From Candidatus Daviesbacteria bacterium (lineage in GTDB: Bacteria > Patescibacteriota > Microgenomatia > Daviesbacterales > UBA10151): a stretch of DNA of 64,000 nucleotides. The DNA lies in contig JAUSHE010000014.1 in NCBI GenBank assembly GCA_030648435.1, forward strand, positions 4,466-68,465, written 5' to 3'. The notes beneath the pieces were generated by a model. It searched no databases and was not told the origin of the DNA. It saw nothing but the letters and a program-made list of their open reading frames with translations. Shown piece after piece: positions 61,043-64,000 of the stretch (the stretch's first letter is position 1; each line of letters opens with the position of its first letter). The position numbers and the translations under genes were made by a program.

Positions 61043-61972
61043 GTGAAAATAATATTTTTTGGATTAGGATCTATTGGGCAAAGGCATGCCAAGATTTTAC
61101 TGGAAAATTATACACACGATTTGTATGCCTTTCGTTCAGGTGAAAATAATGATGTAAATAAATTAGGTATAAAAGAAATTTATACTTTTGATGAGGTAAA
61201 AAACTTACAGCCGGATATTGCTTTTATCACCAATCCAACAGCCATGCACATAGAAACCGCACTAAAATGTGCGGAGTTGGGTTGCAAGCTCTTTATTGAA
61301 AAGCCGGTCGGGAAAGATACAGACGGATTAGAGAAGTTAATAAATATTGTAAAAAAGAAAAAATTAGTCACATATATTGCTTATAATTTGCGTTTTCATC
61401 CGGTGATTAAAAAAATAAAGGAATATTTGAAAAGGAAGAAACCGGTATATGCCCGGGTAGTTTGCACCTCATTCCTGCCGGCATGGAGACCAAATACGGA
61501 TCACCTTAAAGGTTATTCCGCAAATACCGCCATGGGAGGGGGAGTAATCCTTGATCTGTCGCATGAGATGGATTATGTTGGTTATCTGCTCGGCGGGATT
61601 AAAAAAATTTCAGGGAATTTTGCAAAAGTAAGCAATGTAACCGTAGATGCTGAGGATTATGCGGATATGACAGTTATATCAGGAGGTGTTCCTGTTAATA
61701 TTCATCTTGATTTCTTAAGTCAGATAAGGCAAAGATATATACAAATAGATTTTGAGAAGTTAACTGTAGTGGCTGACTTAATAGATGCGGAAATTAAGGA
61801 GCATGAGGGGGGAATAGTCAAAAATAGCATTGAATTGGATTATAATAGAGGCCAGGAATATGAAGAACAGTTAAAGTATTTTTTTGATAATATAGATAAT
61901 CCACGGATGATGAATAATTTAATTGAAGCAGGCGATCTATTTAAGAAGATAGTAACATTTAAAAATGGATAA
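61043..61972 (+). CDS. Gfo/Idh/MocA oxidoreductase (PtmF/ElaA-like)
   Basis: FGLGSIGQRH, TNPT..H, FIEKP, YNLRFHP, LP.WRP..D and GGGVILDLSHEMD motifs. Confidence 0.8.
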   Translation: MKIIFFGLGSIGQRHAKILLENYTHDLYAFRSGENNDVNKLGIKEIYTFDEVKNLQPDIAFITNPTAMHIETALKCAELGCKLFIEKPVGKDTDGLEKLINIVKKKKLVTYIAYNLRFHPVIKKIKEYLKRKKPVYARVVCTSFLPAWRPNTDHLKGYSANTAMGGGVILDLSHEMDYVGYLLGGIKKISGNFAKVSNVTVDAEDYADMTVISGGVPVNIHLDFLSQIRQRYIQIDFEKLTVVADLIDAEIKEHEGGIVKNSIELDYNRGQEYEEQLKYFFDNIDNPRMMNNLIEAGDLFKKIVTFKNG

Positions 61973-62699
61973 CTTGCTAAATTCGAAGAATCAAGCTTTG
62001 CTTATTACTATTTGTGCTAGAGGTGGGTCAAAAGGCGTAAAGGGTAAGAATATCCGCGAGCTGGCCGGTAAACCATTAATCTATTACACAATCAATCAGG
62101 CAAAGAAGTGGGGTAGGGGGGGGCATATTGTGGTAAGTACCGACTCGGAAGAAATTGCTAAAATTGCAAAGTCGTTTGGGGCGGAAGTGCCCTTTTTGAG
62201 GCCTTCAGACCTTGCTTCTGATATAAGTGCAAAAATTCCAGCTATTAGGCATGCCTTGCTTTCCAGCGAGGATATATATAAGGAAAAGTATAACCTCGTG
62301 ATGGATTTGGATGTTACATCTCCGGTACGGACAATACAGGACTTAGAAAATTCATATAGTTTATTCTTAGAGAAAAAACCTAAGACATTATTTAGTGTAG
62401 TTGCTGCCCACAAAAATCCTTATTTTAATATGGTGGAGATAAATACGGAAGGTAAAGCGGGTGTTTGCAAACCAGGTAAACATTTTATCCGCAGGCAGGA
62501 AACTCCCAAAGTTTATGATGTTAATGCATCCATATATATTTATGATAGAAATTTTTTGATTAATAAAAGAAATATTAATGTGATAAGCGATGATTCCATT
62601 GTTTATGTAATGGGCGATGTTTCGCGGACGGATATTGACTCTGAGCTGGACTTTAAGTTTATAGAATTTCTAGTAAAAGATGGTATCATATCACTATGA
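61965..62699 (+). CDS. Acylneuraminate (nonulosonic acid) cytidylyltransferase, NeuA/PtmB-like
   Basis: ICARGGSKGVKGKNIR, VSTDS, AEVPFLRP..LA.D, LDVTSP.R, RRQ..P, NASIY and DID..LDF motifs. Confidence 0.88.
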   Translation: MDNLLNSKNQALLITICARGGSKGVKGKNIRELAGKPLIYYTINQAKKWGRGGHIVVSTDSEEIAKIAKSFGAEVPFLRPSDLASDISAKIPAIRHALLSSEDIYKEKYNLVMDLDVTSPVRTIQDLENSYSLFLEKKPKTLFSVVAAHKNPYFNMVEINTEGKAGVCKPGKHFIRRQETPKVYDVNASIYIYDRNFLINKRNINVISDDSIVYVMGDVSRTDIDSELDFKFIEFLVKDGIISL

Positions 62700-63487
62700 G
62701 TAATTATCTTCAGAAATTTTCTTTAAAGGGGAAAGTAGCTTTTATAACGGGTGGTGTTGGTCTGATAGGAATAGAAGTGACGCGCGCCCTGGCAGATGCC
62801 GGAGCTAAGGTAATTATTTTAGACATAGATCAAGATAAAGCCAAAAAAATTCAGCAGAGCCTTAAAAATAAAGGTAAAGATGTCAAATATGAATACTTTG
62901 ATGTAACAGATTTAGTTAACATTGATCAATCAATAGATAAATTACAAAAAGAGTATGAAAATATTGACATATGGGTAAATACAGCGTATCCCAGAACAAA
63001 AGATTGGGGTAATAAGGTTGAAGAGCTAAGTTTAGAATCATGGCAGAAAAATGTGGACATGCATCTTAATAGCTATGCCTGGATTAGCCGTAAAGTTTGC
63101 TTATTAATGAAGGAGCAGGGGGGTGGGAGTTTAATTAATTTTGGTTCAACCTACGGAGTAGTAGGGAATAATTTTTCTGTTTACGAAGGCACTGACATGA
63201 GCAGTGCAATGGCTTATTCTGCCATCAAAGGAGGCATAATCAATCTGGGAAGGTATATGGCTTCTTACTTTGGAAAATTTAATATAAGGGTCAACACAGT
63301 TTGCCCCGGAGGTATTTTTGATAATCAAAATAAAATATTTGTTAAAAATTATGAGAGAAATACGCCGCTTAACAGGATGGGTAAACCGGAAGAAATAGCA
63401 AGCGCTGTTTTATTTTTATCATCAGATGCCGCATCGTATGTTACCGGAACTACTTTTATGGTTGATGGAGGTTGGACAGCAATTTAA
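62696..63487 (+). CDS. SDR oxidoreductase (PtmA/ElaC-like)
   Basis: TGG.GLIG, NTAYPR...WG, S.YG, YSAIKGG, VN..CPGG and G....VDGGWT motifs. Confidence 0.82.
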   Translation: MSNYLQKFSLKGKVAFITGGVGLIGIEVTRALADAGAKVIILDIDQDKAKKIQQSLKNKGKDVKYEYFDVTDLVNIDQSIDKLQKEYENIDIWVNTAYPRTKDWGNKVEELSLESWQKNVDMHLNSYAWISRKVCLLMKEQGGGSLINFGSTYGVVGNNFSVYEGTDMSSAMAYSAIKGGIINLGRYMASYFGKFNIRVNTVCPGGIFDNQNKIFVKNYERNTPLNRMGKPEEIASAVLFLSSDAASYVTGTTFMVDGGWTAI

Positions 63488-63999
63488 GATTTTCCTTCTA
63501 AAATTTGCTGATAAAACCTGAGGTTTTTTACTTGTTCTTTTATAGTACATAAATCGTGTCTGTTACCCAGAAATGACTGAACTTCTTTATAGATGCCGGC
63601 TTTAAATCCTGTGTCCAGCTGATCTTCTAAAGATATATCCTTAATTGCAAAGGTTCCCAGCTCTTGAACTTGTAGCTTTTCCATAGGTTTAAATATTAAT
63701 TTATTTTTCTTTGTCATTACTTCAACTGTCCATCTGCCGGGGGCTTTCCAGTTAGCATGATAGGAAAATAGAATTCCTTTTTCAGTAATACCACCACCGC
63801 TAAAAATTGCAGCTTTAGAATGCCAAGGAAGGGAGCCAGAGGCATACGACGACATTTTTTTAGGCAAACCTGCAAGGAAAAACATTAGATCAATCACATG
63901 CGTAGAATTCTGTAGAAACCAATTTTCTTTTACTCCAGGGGCCTTAGTCAAAGGCTCAATACGGAAGCTTGCTTCTGTGAAATCAAAAACGATAGATAA
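63484..63999 (-). CDS. Gfo/Idh/MocA-like oxidoreductase, C-terminal part (5' end outside window)
   Basis: The frame stays open to the window edge (…LSIVFDFTEASFRIEPLTKAPGVKENWFLQNSTHVIDL…). NSTHVIDL, HANW.APGRW and PMEKL motifs. Confidence 0.65.
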   Translation of the reverse strand, partial: LSIVFDFTEASFRIEPLTKAPGVKENWFLQNSTHVIDLMFFLAGLPKKMSSYASGSLPWHSKAAIFSGGGITEKGILFSYHANWKAPGRWTVEVMTKKNKLIFKPMEKLQVQELGTFAIKDISLEDQLDTGFKAGIYKEVQSFLGNRHDLCTIKEQVKNLRFYQQILEGKS

Positions 64000-64000
64000 G

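Noticed and set aside
63484-63951. Apparent 155-aa truncated gene or pseudogene at the right edge
   Set aside because: The reading frame stays open to the window end, so it is simply cut by the window boundary.

Overview
An AT-rich, very gene-dense bacterial window (genetic code 11, TGA read as stop) filled almost entirely by one very large surface-glycosylation locus that continues past the right edge. Short or overlapping gene junctions, scarce Shine-Dalgarno sites and the gene families present suggest Patescibacteria/CPR, probably Microgenomates; this is inference, not a marker-gene call. From 476 to 45635 the genes run on the + strand with one exception. They include rmlABCD, gmd and fcl, a Wzx flippase, five polyprenol-phosphate-sugar-synthase-like GT2 domains, three WaaE/KdtX-like GT2s, two GT4s and 18 of the window's 19 multi-pass GT-C-like proteins in several paralog families. 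Among these are a GT2::GT-C fusion, a deacetylase/hydrolase-barrel::GT-C fusion, and two proteins with an STT3/AglB-like C-terminal domain but no WWDYG motif. From 45632 to 64000 is a mosaic of alternating-strand modules: two separate C-methyl (branched) sugar cassettes (one UXS-like, one CDP-glucose/RfbF-based), uncharacterised putative transferases (DUF5672, TIGR00180-like, one orphan), DUF218-like and TPR singletons, and the start of a nonulosonic-acid (PtmF/B/A- or ElaABC-like) module. Near-consensus sigma70 -10 boxes lie 6-10 nt upstream of many start codons, which suggests leaderless mRNAs, and two divergent promoter pairs are visible, one sharing its -35 element. A 50-aa membrane microprotein missing from the ORF track lies at 322..474. 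I saw no rRNA, tRNA, CRISPR array or transposase. All family calls come from motif recognition by eye, without database searches.
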